A stretch of 25,515 nt of DNA from Myxococcota bacterium (GTDB lineage Bacteria; Myxococcota; JACRCW01): the NCBI GenBank assembly GCA_040752415.1, contig JBFMGU010000156.1, positions 1 through 25,515 on the forward strand, in the 5' to 3' direction. Position 1 is the stretch's first letter. Every line of letters begins with the position of its first letter. Positions 1-8,065 of this stretch are shown here, in pieces. Position numbers and translations under genes: made by a program. The notes below the pieces were generated by a model, which made no database searches, was not told the DNA's origin, and saw nothing but the letters and a program-made list of their open reading frames with translations.

Positions 1-753
1 CGGGCCGCACGGGAGCGCGAACGGGCCGCGCAGGAGCGCGAGCAGCAACTCCAGGAGCAGGCGGAGGCGCAGCAGCGTCGTCTGGAGCGCCGGTTGCGGC
101 AGCTGTTGGACATCCAGGCCCAGGTGCTCCGTGACTTCGACGTGCTGGCCCTGGGCCCCCTCCCCGACGACCCCGCGGAGCGACGCGCGCGCCTCCGGGA
201 GCTGTTGCCGGAGTATCACCCCACGCACGTCGTGGAGGCGGAGCCGGGCCGGCCGGACCGCTTCTTCGCCGGGACGGGTGCGGTCTACGCCAACATCCTG
301 GAAGCGGCGCTGCCGCCCTTCATCCCCGCCAACCCGCTGCGTCCCTCACTGCTGCTCTTCAACGACGAGTACCGTCTCATCGGCTGCGGCTACACGCGCC
401 AGCGCCTTCCGGGCGACGACGGCCACCCGCCCCACGGGCTCGACGTCGACGACGACGAATGGTTCTTCCACGTGGCGGGCCTGCACCTGCCCAACGGCTC
501 GTTCGCGCCCATGTCGCTGGAGGAGGCGGCGCAGAGCGGTGAGGAGGGTGTGTGGCACCCCGAGGTGTGGGACCTCCACATCTTCTTCGCCGCCGACGGC
601 GCGCCCGTGGTGGGCATGGCCCACGAGGCGCTCTCCCCCTTCAGCGACGTCGCTACCGCGCTGCTGGGCGTGGGCACCCCCAACCACCGCGCCGGCCTCC
701 CCGGCGAGGAGCCCGCCATCTACCGCTACCAGGACGGCGTGCAGTGGCAGTGA
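1..753 (+). CDS. Hypothetical protein, 5'-truncated; coiled-coil-like region followed by a His/Trp-rich globular domain
   Basis: Frame 1 is open from base 1 (RAARERERAAQEREQQLQEQAEAQQRRLERRLRQLL...) to TGA at 751-753, with GC-rich third codon positions. The C-terminal part contains WFFHVAGLH and WHPEVWDLHIFF. Confidence 0.75.
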   Translation, partial: RAARERERAAQEREQQLQEQAEAQQRRLERRLRQLLDIQAQVLRDFDVLALGPLPDDPAERRARLRELLPEYHPTHVVEAEPGRPDRFFAGTGAVYANILEAALPPFIPANPLRPSLLLFNDEYRLIGCGYTRQRLPGDDGHPPHGLDVDDDEWFFHVAGLHLPNGSFAPMSLEEAAQSGEEGVWHPEVWDLHIFFAADGAPVVGMAHEALSPFSDVATALLGVGTPNHRAGLPGEEPAIYRYQDGVQWQ

Positions 754-813
754 CCAACGCGGAGCGGGTACGGGCCAGCCCAAGGCGCCAGCACCTGCGC
801 GGAGGCGTCACAA

Positions 814-1109
814 GCGGTTCCCGTTGAGCTGGCCACGCTCTTTGGCCCCGTCTGGCAGAGTGCGCGCGTTGGTCCGAGCGAAAGCGGTACTGCATACCGC
901 AGTCCGAGAGTGCCGGCCGCGTTTGGTCTGATGGACGGAGGCCGGCACGTTCCCCGCGTGGCACGGGTGCGGGCGTTCGCCATTTCACGAAGCAGAGCGC
1001 CGCCCGCACCCTTTCGGACTGCGGCATGAAGTGCCGCTTTCGCTCGGACCAACGCGGGCGCACTCCGCCAGACGGAGCCAAGCAACGTGACAAACTCGAC
1101 GGGAACCGC
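814..1109. repeat. Long imperfect inverted repeat (~95-bp arms, 814-907 and 1014-1109) with two nested hairpins; REP/REPIN- or MITE-like
   Basis: The left arm GCGGTTCCCGTTGAG...CGCGTTGGTCCGAGCGAAAGCGGTACTGCATACCGCAGTCCGA matches the reverse complement of the right arm (GCGGTTCCCGTCGAG...CGCGTTGGTCCGAGCGAAAGCGGCACTTCATGCCGCAGTCCGA). Inner stems pair 910-918 with 940-948 and 965-975 with 1001-1011. Confidence 0.85.
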
Positions 1110-1162
1110 GGTAGGCTATCCCTGAGCTGGGGCGTTCCTCGTCGGACGCGAGGGGTATTGGC

Positions 1163-2125
1163 ATGAAGGCCATGGCGCAACGCTCCTGGAGCCAGGGGGA
1201 GAAGCTCACGCTCATCGAGCTGCCCGACCCGGTGCCGCGCGGAGGTGAGGTGCGTGTGCGCGTCAAGGCCGTTGGCGTCAATCCGGTGGACTGGAAGATG
1301 CGCCAGCAGGGCCCGCTGCGACTGGCCGCGCGTCTCGTCGGGCCGCCGCCGCCGGTGGTGGTGGGCGTGGACTTCGCCGGCGTGGTCGACGCGGTGGGCG
1401 GGGACGTGCGGGACCTCCAGCCCGGTGACCGCGTGGTGGGCGCCACCGACTTCTCGCGCGGCCAACGCGGCAGCCACGCCGACACCGTGCTGGTCCGCGC
1501 CGACCAGGTTTGCCCCCTCCCCGACGCCGTCCCCTTCGACGTCGCCGCCGCGCTCCCCGTGGCCGGCGTGACCGCGTGGCGCTCGGTGGTCCAGCTGGGC
1601 CGCATCACGCCAGGAAAACGCGCGCTCATCCTGGGCGCCTCGGGAGGCGTGGGGCAGCTGGCGGTGCAGGTGAGCAAGCGCGTGCAGGGCGCGTTCACCG
1701 TGGGCGTGTGCTCAACGCGCAACGTGGAGCTGGTGCGCAGCCTCGGCGCCGACGTGGTGGTGGACTACCACGCCGGCAACCCGCTGGAGCAGGCGCGCGC
1801 GCACGGTCCGTTCGACGTCGTGGTGGATTGCGTGGGCAGCTACTCCGGCGCGGGATGTCGGAGCCTGCTGGCCCGCGGGGGACGACACATCATGGTGGCC
1901 GGCGACTCACCCACCGCCGCGCTGCAGGCGCTGGTGCCCCCGTTCTCCTCGCGACTCATGCTCGGCCGGCCCGACGGCGCCTGGCTCCGCCCCCTCGTGT
2001 CGGCGGTGGCGGCGGGCACGGTCACCGTCAACATCGCGCAGCGGTTCCCGCTCACGCAGGCGGAGGACGCGCACCAGCTCAGCCAGGGTGGGCGCGTGAC
2101 CGGCAAGATCGTCCTCGTGGTGTGA
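1163..2125 (+). CDS. NAD(P)-dependent oxidoreductase, MDR / quinone-oxidoreductase-like family
   Basis: Motifs VRVKAVGVNPVDWK, GVDFAGVV, AAALPVAGVTAW, the Rossmann motif LILGASGGVGQLAVQ, and the terminal GRVTGKIVL. GAGGGG RBS upstream. Confidence 0.92.
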   Translation: MKAMAQRSWSQGEKLTLIELPDPVPRGGEVRVRVKAVGVNPVDWKMRQQGPLRLAARLVGPPPPVVVGVDFAGVVDAVGGDVRDLQPGDRVVGATDFSRGQRGSHADTVLVRADQVCPLPDAVPFDVAAALPVAGVTAWRSVVQLGRITPGKRALILGASGGVGQLAVQVSKRVQGAFTVGVCSTRNVELVRSLGADVVVDYHAGNPLEQARAHGPFDVVVDCVGSYSGAGCRSLLARGGRHIMVAGDSPTAALQALVPPFSSRLMLGRPDGAWLRPLVSAVAAGTVTVNIAQRFPLTQAEDAHQLSQGGRVTGKIVLVV

Positions 2126-2128
2126 GGC

Positions 2129-2653
2129 TCAGCGGGGCCAGCGCTCGAAGAGGATGGTGGGCTCGCCGCGGTAGGTGGTGCGCGTCAGCTCGCGGTAGCC
2201 GGCCTTCTCCGCCACCCGCAGCGACGCCACGTTCTGGGGATGGATGCAGCACACCGTGCGTCGCGTGCCAAAGTGCGCGTCACCCCACGCCGCCACCGCG
2301 CGCACCGCCTCGGTGGCCAGGCCCCTGCCGTGCGCCCAGCTCGCCAGCGCCCAACCAATCTCCGGCGCGTCCTCGACGGAAGGCTCCATGTCGCGCTTGA
2401 AGTCGGCGAATCCGGTCTCCCCAACGTACCGCCCCGAGGCCTTCTCGCGGATCACCCAGTAGCCAAAGCCCACCACGGTCCAGTGCCCCACGTAGCGCAA
2501 CAGCTTGGACCACACCTCCTCGCGCGTGCAGGGACGACCGCCGATGAACCGCGTGACCTCGGGGTCGGACCACATGGCCAGGCACTCGTCGAAGTCCAGG
2601 GCGCGGTGGCCGCGCAGCGTGAGGCGCTCCGTCTCCAGACCGGGGGGCGTCAT
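2129..2653 (-). CDS. GNAT family N-acetyltransferase (RimJ/RimL-like)
   Basis: Motifs LETERLTLR, PEIGWALASWAHGRGLATEA and IHPQNVASLRVAEKAGY. Four-base overlap with the upstream response regulator. Confidence 0.92.
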   Translation of the reverse strand: MTPPGLETERLTLRGHRALDFDECLAMWSDPEVTRFIGGRPCTREEVWSKLLRYVGHWTVVGFGYWVIREKASGRYVGETGFADFKRDMEPSVEDAPEIGWALASWAHGRGLATEAVRAVAAWGDAHFGTRRTVCCIHPQNVASLRVAEKAGYRELTRTTYRGEPTILFERWPR

Positions 2654-3093
2654 GCGCTGCGCGCCTGGGCCGGTGCGTCCACCAGCTCACGGATCCGCCG
2701 GGTCAGCTTCTCGATGTCGAAGGGCTTGGTGAAGTAGTCCGCGGCGCCGCACTCCAACCCGCGCCTGACGTCGTGCGGAGAGTCCCGCCCGGAGACGAAG
2801 ATCACCGGCACGTCCTTCAGCACCGGGTTGCGCTTGATGGCGCGACACAGGTCAAACCCGTCCATCCAGCTCAGCATGACGTCCAGCAGGAACAGGTCGG
2901 GCTTGTGCGCGTCCGGGCCCAGCAGCTCCAGGCCGTTGGCCGCGGTGGCCACGCCGTAGCCCTCCAGCTCCAGCGTGATGCGCAGGAGGCGTTGGGTGTC
3001 CGGGTCGTCGTCGACGATGGTGATGGTCCGGGTGTTCACGCGCGCGGCGGGAGGCGGAGCAACCTGGGTGGCCATGGCCAACCACGCTGCCAC
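2650..3093 (-). CDS. Single-domain response regulator (CheY-like receiver)
   Basis: IVDDD acidic pocket, LLDVML phosphoacceptor Asp, MDGFDLC, VIFVSG and YFTKPF. The start is uncertain (GTG 3093 or ATG 3075). Confidence 0.9.
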   Translation of the reverse strand: MAAWLAMATQVAPPPAARVNTRTITIVDDDPDTQRLLRITLELEGYGVATAANGLELLGPDAHKPDLFLLDVMLSWMDGFDLCRAIKRNPVLKDVPVIFVSGRDSPHDVRRGLECGAADYFTKPFDIEKLTRRIRELVDAPAQARSA

Positions 3094-3204
3094 CGTGACT
3101 TTCGTGCCGCAACGCTCACATCCGCGCAGATGGAAGTGCGTTCGGATGCGCGTCGGATGGACGGGCGCAACGCGAGGCGTTTGGCCCCACGTTGCACGCT
3201 GGTC

Positions 3205-4158
3205 TCAGCCGCGGACCTTCTTGATCTCTTCCATCAGCTCGGGGACCGCCTTGAACAGGTCGGCCACCAGGCCGTAGTCGGCCACCTGGAAGATGGGCGC
3301 GTCGGCGTCCTTGTTGATGGCCACAATGGTCTTGCTGCCCTTCATGCCCGCCACGTGCTGGATGGCGCCGCTGATGCCCAGCGCAATGTAGAGCTGCGGG
3401 GCCACCACCTTGCCGGTCTGACCCACCTGCCAGTCATTCGGCACCCAGCCGTCGTCGACGATGGCACGGGTAGCGCCCACCGCCGCGCCCAGCAGGTCGG
3501 CCAGCGGCTCCACGGTCTGCTTGTAGCCATCCGGGCTCTTGGTGCCGCGCCCACCGGACACAATGATCGACGCCTCGGTCAGCTCGGGGCGGGTGCTCTT
3601 GACCTCCTCGAACTTCACGAAGCGCGCCTTCACCGTGCCGGGGTCGGCCGCAAAGGAGGCCACCTCACCGGCGTCGCCGCTCTTCTGCGCCGCGCCGAAC
3701 TCGCTGCCGCGCACGGTGACCACCTTGACCGCGGTGGTGATCTCCACGGTGCCAATGACGTTGCCGGCCCACATGGGACGCTTGAAGGTCTTCTCGTCCA
3801 CCACGGCGCTGATGTCGGAGGCCATGCCGGCGCCCAGGCGGGCCGCCACGCGCGGGCACAGGTCCTTGCCCTGGCTGGTGGCGCTCATGACCACGTGGGT
3901 GGCTCCCACGCTCTTGGCCAGGTCGGCCACCACCTTGGCGTAGCCCTCCGCCAGGTAGTCCTTCAGTCCCGCGTGCTCCGCCACGTGGATCTTGGCCGCG
4001 CCATAGCCCTTGAGCTGACCGGCCGCGTTGGCCACGCCTGCGCCCAGCACCGCCAGGTGCAGCGTGCCGCCAATCTTCTGCGCGGCGGTGATGGCGGGGA
4101 AGGTTGCCTTCTTGATGTTTCCGTTTGCCTGCTCGGCAATGACAAGGACGGTTGCCAT
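3205..4158 (-). CDS. etfA: Electron transfer flavoprotein alpha subunit
   Basis: Motifs [69 protein letters not shown]. Confidence 0.97.
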   Translation of the reverse strand: MATVLVIAEQANGNIKKATFPAITAAQKIGGTLHLAVLGAGVANAAGQLKGYGAAKIHVAEHAGLKDYLAEGYAKVVADLAKSVGATHVVMSATSQGKDLCPRVAARLGAGMASDISAVVDEKTFKRPMWAGNVIGTVEITTAVKVVTVRGSEFGAAQKSGDAGEVASFAADPGTVKARFVKFEEVKSTRPELTEASIIVSGGRGTKSPDGYKQTVEPLADLLGAAVGATRAIVDDGWVPNDWQVGQTGKVVAPQLYIALGISGAIQHVAGMKGSKTIVAINKDADAPIFQVADYGLVADLFKAVPELMEEIKKVRG

Positions 4159-4188
4159 CTTGTGCTTCTCGCTTTCTGCCTGACCGCG

Positions 4189-4935
4189 TCAGAGGACCTT
4201 GGCTTCGTTCTTCAGCTTCTGGACCAGGGTGGCCACGTCGGGGACCTTGGCGCCGGCGCTGCGGGCCTTGGGCTCCTCCAGCTTCAGCACCTTGACCTTG
4301 GGAGCCACGTCCACGCCCAGGGAGGCAACCGGAATCTCCTTCACCTCCTTCTTCTTGGCCTTCATGATGCCCGGCAGGCTGGCGTAGCGCGGGGTGTTGA
4401 GGCGCAGGTCGGTGGTGATGACCGCCGGCAGGTCCATGGAGATGGTCTCCAGGCCACCGTCCACCTCGCGCGTCACCGTGGCGGTCTTGCCCGCGATCTC
4501 CACCTTGCTGGCAAAACACGCCTGCGGCAGACCGCTGTACTCGGCAAAGAGCTGGCCGGCCTGGTTGCTGTCGTCGTCAATGGCCTGCTTGCCCATGATG
4601 ACCAGGTCGGGCTTCTCCTGCTCGTAGACGGCCTTGATGGCGCGGGCGGCGCCGTCGGAGTCCAGCGCGCCGTCCACCACCACCAGGATGCCGCGGTCGG
4701 CGCCCATGGCCAGCGCGGCGCGGATCTGCGTGGTGGCGTCCTTGGTGCCCAGGCTCAGCACCACCACCTCACCGCCGTGCTTCTCCTTGAGGCGCAGCGC
4801 CTCCTCGACGGCAATCTCGTCAAACGGATTGACGATCATGTTGACGCCGTCGGTCACCACCCCGGAGCCATCCGGTTTGACCTTGGGCTTGACGTTGTAG
4901 TCCATGACCCTCTTGACGGTGACCAGGATTTTCAC
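4189..4935 (-). CDS. etfB: Electron transfer flavoprotein beta subunit
   Basis: Motifs MKILVTVKRV, NPFDEIAVEEALRLKE, ALAMGADRG, GKQAIDDDSNQ, REVDGG and DLRLNTPRYASLPGIMKAKKK. Confidence 0.97.
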   Translation of the reverse strand: MKILVTVKRVMDYNVKPKVKPDGSGVVTDGVNMIVNPFDEIAVEEALRLKEKHGGEVVVLSLGTKDATTQIRAALAMGADRGILVVVDGALDSDGAARAIKAVYEQEKPDLVIMGKQAIDDDSNQAGQLFAEYSGLPQACFASKVEIAGKTATVTREVDGGLETISMDLPAVITTDLRLNTPRYASLPGIMKAKKKEVKEIPVASLGVDVAPKVKVLKLEEPKARSAGAKVPDVATLVQKLKNEAKVL

Positions 4936-5074
4936 GCTGCCTCCAAAGCTCTTGTTGCCAAATCCGCCACCACCAACACGGCGTTGGCGCGACGGCCCAC
5001 TCCCATGACGCCCGCAAGCGTGTCAACGCCCCTGACGCGGTGCGCCAGCCAGAAATCCCTGCGCGGGAAGGGCT

Positions 5075-5509
5075 TCAGTCCTCGGACTCTTCGCTGCCGC
5101 CGGAGGCCTTGAACTCATCCACCGCCTTGCGACCCACGCCGTCCTTGGCGAACCACTTGTTGAGGATCTTCATCATCTCGCCGGCCTGCTTTTCCGAGGA
5201 GATGTTGAAGCTGGACTGGTAGCGGTAGGTGCCGCCGGACTTCTTGTAGCGACGCACGCTGATCTTGGGAGCGCGGTAGCCCTTGGTTTTGCGGTCGAGG
5301 TCCTGGACCAGGAACATGACGGTGGCCCAGGCGCCCTTGCTGAGGACCTCCTTGGCCAGTTCCTTGGTGCGGAGCTCCTTGGTCTCGGGGTCTTCCCAGT
5401 TGGCCGTGAGGTCGTCGATGGGGTCCAGGCCCTTGGCCTCGCCCGCGTCCTTGTCCTTGGCCTTGCCCTTCTTGGCCTTGGGTTCCGGGCGGTCTTCGTT
5501 CTCGTCCAT
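5075..5509 (-). CDS. Hypothetical protein (144 aa, Lys-rich)
   Basis: ATG at 5509 preceded by an AGGAG RBS. Globular core KEVLSKGAWATVMF...RRYKKSGGTYRYQSSFNISSEKQA with strong GC3 bias. The longer start in the ORF track is unlikely. Confidence 0.8.
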   Translation of the reverse strand: MDENEDRPEPKAKKGKAKDKDAGEAKGLDPIDDLTANWEDPETKELRTKELAKEVLSKGAWATVMFLVQDLDRKTKGYRAPKISVRRYKKSGGTYRYQSSFNISSEKQAGEMMKILNKWFAKDGVGRKAVDEFKASGGSEESED

Positions 5510-5663
5510 GGGCAGCTCCTGTGTGGTCCCGACTGCATCGCGGGGTGGGGGCGGCGGACTACCAGCAGGGTGGGCGGGCTGCCAACCCCCGGGGCCGGCG
5601 GACGCGCCCGGGTGTCCCCCCGGCCGGAAGAGCCCGCCGCGGTTGGAGGAAAAGCCTGCCGCA

Positions 5664-5873
5664 CCCATTTCCCCGCTCGCGGCAGCCCTTTCCCTACGTG
5701 CGGCGTCCCTTCCCAGCGCGCCCCGACCTTTTCCCCGCGCGCCCCAGCCTTTTCACGGTGCGCCGCGGCTCTTTCCCCCGTGGGAAAGCGCTTTTTCTCC
5801 CTCGCGCCATCCTCTCCCGGGTGTGGTGGACCCCTTTTCCCGACGCGGTGGCCCTCATTCCCCGGTCCGCGGA
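5664..5873. repeat. Degenerate 21-bp tandem repeat, about 10 units
   Basis: Units start at 5664, 5685, 5706, 5727, 5748, 5769, 5790, 5811, 5832 and 5853. Each opens with a CC(C/T)TT(T)CCC-like pyrimidine run followed by a GC-rich half. Confidence 0.7.
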
Positions 5874-5925
5874 CGCCCTCCCGGTGTCCCTTGTCCCCGG
5901 GACGGCGCGTGAGAAGGTACGGACC

Positions 5926-6561
5926 ATGTTCCGTGCCCCCGTTCCGGCCGCCGTGCTGCTCGCCGTCACGCTGCTCTGGCCCACCGTCTCCTGGGCGCCC
6001 CCCGACGCGGGCCCGTCCGCCGCCTGCCCGCCCGGCCCCACCGACGACGCCTTCGGCCGCGCGCTCACCCGCGCCATGACCCTGCACCGGGAGGGTGACG
6101 ACGCAGCGGCCCGTCGCGCGCTGCTGGACGCGCTGGACGAGGCGCGGGCCCGCGCACCCCTGGAGGTGCACCACGGCACCGTCATCACCGAGCCCCCGGA
6201 AAACCTGGGCATGTACCGCCCCGCGCCCGGCTCCATGGTGTTTGGTGACACCGTCCTGCTCTACCTGGAGGTGGACAACCACGGGTTCCGCAAACGTCCG
6301 GAAGGCCTGGAGGTCGACCTGTGGACCGACGTGTTCATCCTCTACGAGGACGGCGAGCGCATCGGCGGCAAGGAGCGTTTCGGGGAGCACCGCTTCGTGT
6401 CCCGCACGCCGCACCGGACCACGCACATGGTGTTGGAGATGACGGTGTCCAAGCTGCCGCCGCAGCCCTACTGGGCGGAGGTGGTGGTCCACGACGCGGT
6501 GAGCGGCAAGGTAGGTCGGACGCGCATCCCGTTCCGCGTGGCGGCCCGGCCTGGTCATTGA
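5926..6561 (+). CDS. Secreted hypothetical protein (211 aa)
   Basis: ATG at 5926. Signal peptide MFRAPVPAAVLLAVTLLWPTVSWA, then a helical segment and a beta-rich C-terminal domain (VLLYLEVDNHGF...VVVHDAVSGK). Confidence 0.8.
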   Translation: MFRAPVPAAVLLAVTLLWPTVSWAPPDAGPSAACPPGPTDDAFGRALTRAMTLHREGDDAAARRALLDALDEARARAPLEVHHGTVITEPPENLGMYRPAPGSMVFGDTVLLYLEVDNHGFRKRPEGLEVDLWTDVFILYEDGERIGGKERFGEHRFVSRTPHRTTHMVLEMTVSKLPPQPYWAEVVVHDAVSGKVGRTRIPFRVAARPGH

Positions 6562-6652
6562 TCACACGGAGATTCCATTCCCGCGAGATCACTGCCAGAA
6601 TGCCTCGCCGCGCCGGATCGTCGGAGTTTTTCCAGGGCAACGTGGAGAGTGA

Positions 6653-8062
6653 ATGACGGACGACTTTGATCCGTTTGCAGACGTCCTGATCGGCCCTGCT
6701 CCGACGACGCCACCGGTGGCTGCGCCGCACGCGCGCGCGCCCACGCCGGTCTCCACTCCGGCCAGCTGGGGCGGGGCACCTCAACCGGCGCGTCCCACCT
6801 CGACACCGCCGCGCACCATGCCCGCTGCGCCCGGCTTCCCGGCGCCGCCGCACACTCCCGCGCCGGTGCTGTCCGCGCCGTCGCACGCCATGCCGGTGGC
6901 CACGGTGGGGACGCCGGCGCCGCAGCGCACCGTCTCGGCGGGTCGGCTGCAGGCGGTCACCGCGCCGCCCACCACCGCGCAGCACAACGCCAAGGACGTG
7001 CTGGACCAGCTGCTGGGCGTGGGAGTGAGCCACGGCGCTTCCGACATCCACCTCATCGCCGGGAGTCCCGCGCGCTACCGCATGAAGGGCGCGCTGATGC
7101 CCATCCAGGGTGAGCCGCTGCCGGTGGCGCTCACCGCCTCCATGGCGGAGCACGTGCTCTCCAGCCACCCGGACCGTCGGCCCACCGGGGAGACCCACGA
7201 CGTCGACACCAGCTACAGCATCCCGGGCGTGAGCCGCTTCCGCGTCAGCATCCTGCGCCAGCGCGGCAGCCTGGGGCTGATCTTCCGCGTGATCCGCTCG
7301 GAGGTGCTCACCATTGAGCAGCTCACATTGCCGCCGCAGGTGCGGGAGCTGGCGGGGCAGGACAAGGGGCTGGTGGTGATCTGCGGGCAGGGCGGCAGCG
7401 GTCGCAGCACGACGCTGGCGGCGGTGCTGGAGGAGATGAACATCCACCGGCCCATCAGCATCCTCACGCTGGAGGACCCCATCGAGTTCCTCCTCAAAAG
7501 CAAGCAGGCCTCGGTGATCCAGCGCGAGGTGGGCACCGACACGCGCAGCCTGGAAGTGGGGCTCAAGCAGGCCATGCGCCAGGACCCCGACGTCATTGCC
7601 ATGGGGGAGCTCACCGACGCCACGGGGGTGGACCTGGCGCTGAGCGCGGTGGAGTCGGGGCGGCTGGTGTTGTGCACCGCCACCGGGACCGAGGTGGTGA
7701 AGGTGCTGCAGCGCCTCATCGGCTTCTATCCGCCCGACGAGCAACCCGTGGCCCGCGCCCGCCTGTCCGACGCGCTGCGCGCCGTGGTGTTCCAGCGGCT
7801 GGTGCGCAGCACGCAAGGCAGCGGTCGCATTGCGGCGTGCGAGATCCTCCGCGCCACGCCGAAGGTGGCCGAGTACATCCGCGACCCCGCGCGCTTCGTC
7901 CAGCTGGGCGGGCTCATCCGCGAGGGCGAGCAGGAGCGCACCGGCTCCTTGAGCCTGGAGACCAGCCTGGCCACGTTGGTGCGCGCGCGCATGGTGGAGA
8001 CGGATGCCGCCATGGCGGTGGCCAACCGTCCCGCCGACCTGCACGCCACGCTGGAAGGCTGA
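6653..8062 (+). CDS. PilT/PilU-family type IV pilus ATPase paralog with a Pro-rich N-terminus and degenerate catalytic motifs
   Basis: Motifs GASDIHLIAG, SRFRVSILRQRG, ILTLEDPIEF, QREVGTDT and AMRQDPDVIAMGE. Walker A reads GQGGSGRSTT and the His-box histidines are absent. Confidence 0.9.
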   Translation: MTDDFDPFADVLIGPAPTTPPVAAPHARAPTPVSTPASWGGAPQPARPTSTPPRTMPAAPGFPAPPHTPAPVLSAPSHAMPVATVGTPAPQRTVSAGRLQAVTAPPTTAQHNAKDVLDQLLGVGVSHGASDIHLIAGSPARYRMKGALMPIQGEPLPVALTASMAEHVLSSHPDRRPTGETHDVDTSYSIPGVSRFRVSILRQRGSLGLIFRVIRSEVLTIEQLTLPPQVRELAGQDKGLVVICGQGGSGRSTTLAAVLEEMNIHRPISILTLEDPIEFLLKSKQASVIQREVGTDTRSLEVGLKQAMRQDPDVIAMGELTDATGVDLALSAVESGRLVLCTATGTEVVKVLQRLIGFYPPDEQPVARARLSDALRAVVFQRLVRSTQGSGRIAACEILRATPKVAEYIRDPARFVQLGGLIREGEQERTGSLSLETSLATLVRARMVETDAAMAVANRPADLHATLEG

Positions 8063-8065
8063 CGC

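Noticed and set aside
3181..3196. Possible sigma54 site TTGGCCCCACGTTGCA
   Set aside because: The GG-to-GC spacing is 9 rather than 10 nt, and it points opposite to the flanking genes.
2773..5112. 779-aa + strand ORF and other long overlapping ORFs (e.g. 6335-8044, 10885-12855, 5173-6558)
   Set aside because: These are antisense or off-frame shadows of real genes, typical of high-GC DNA. Their translations are low-complexity and carry no family motifs.
5664..5873. CRISPR array
   Set aside because: The units are contiguous degenerate 21-mers without a conserved repeat and unique spacers, and no cas genes are present.
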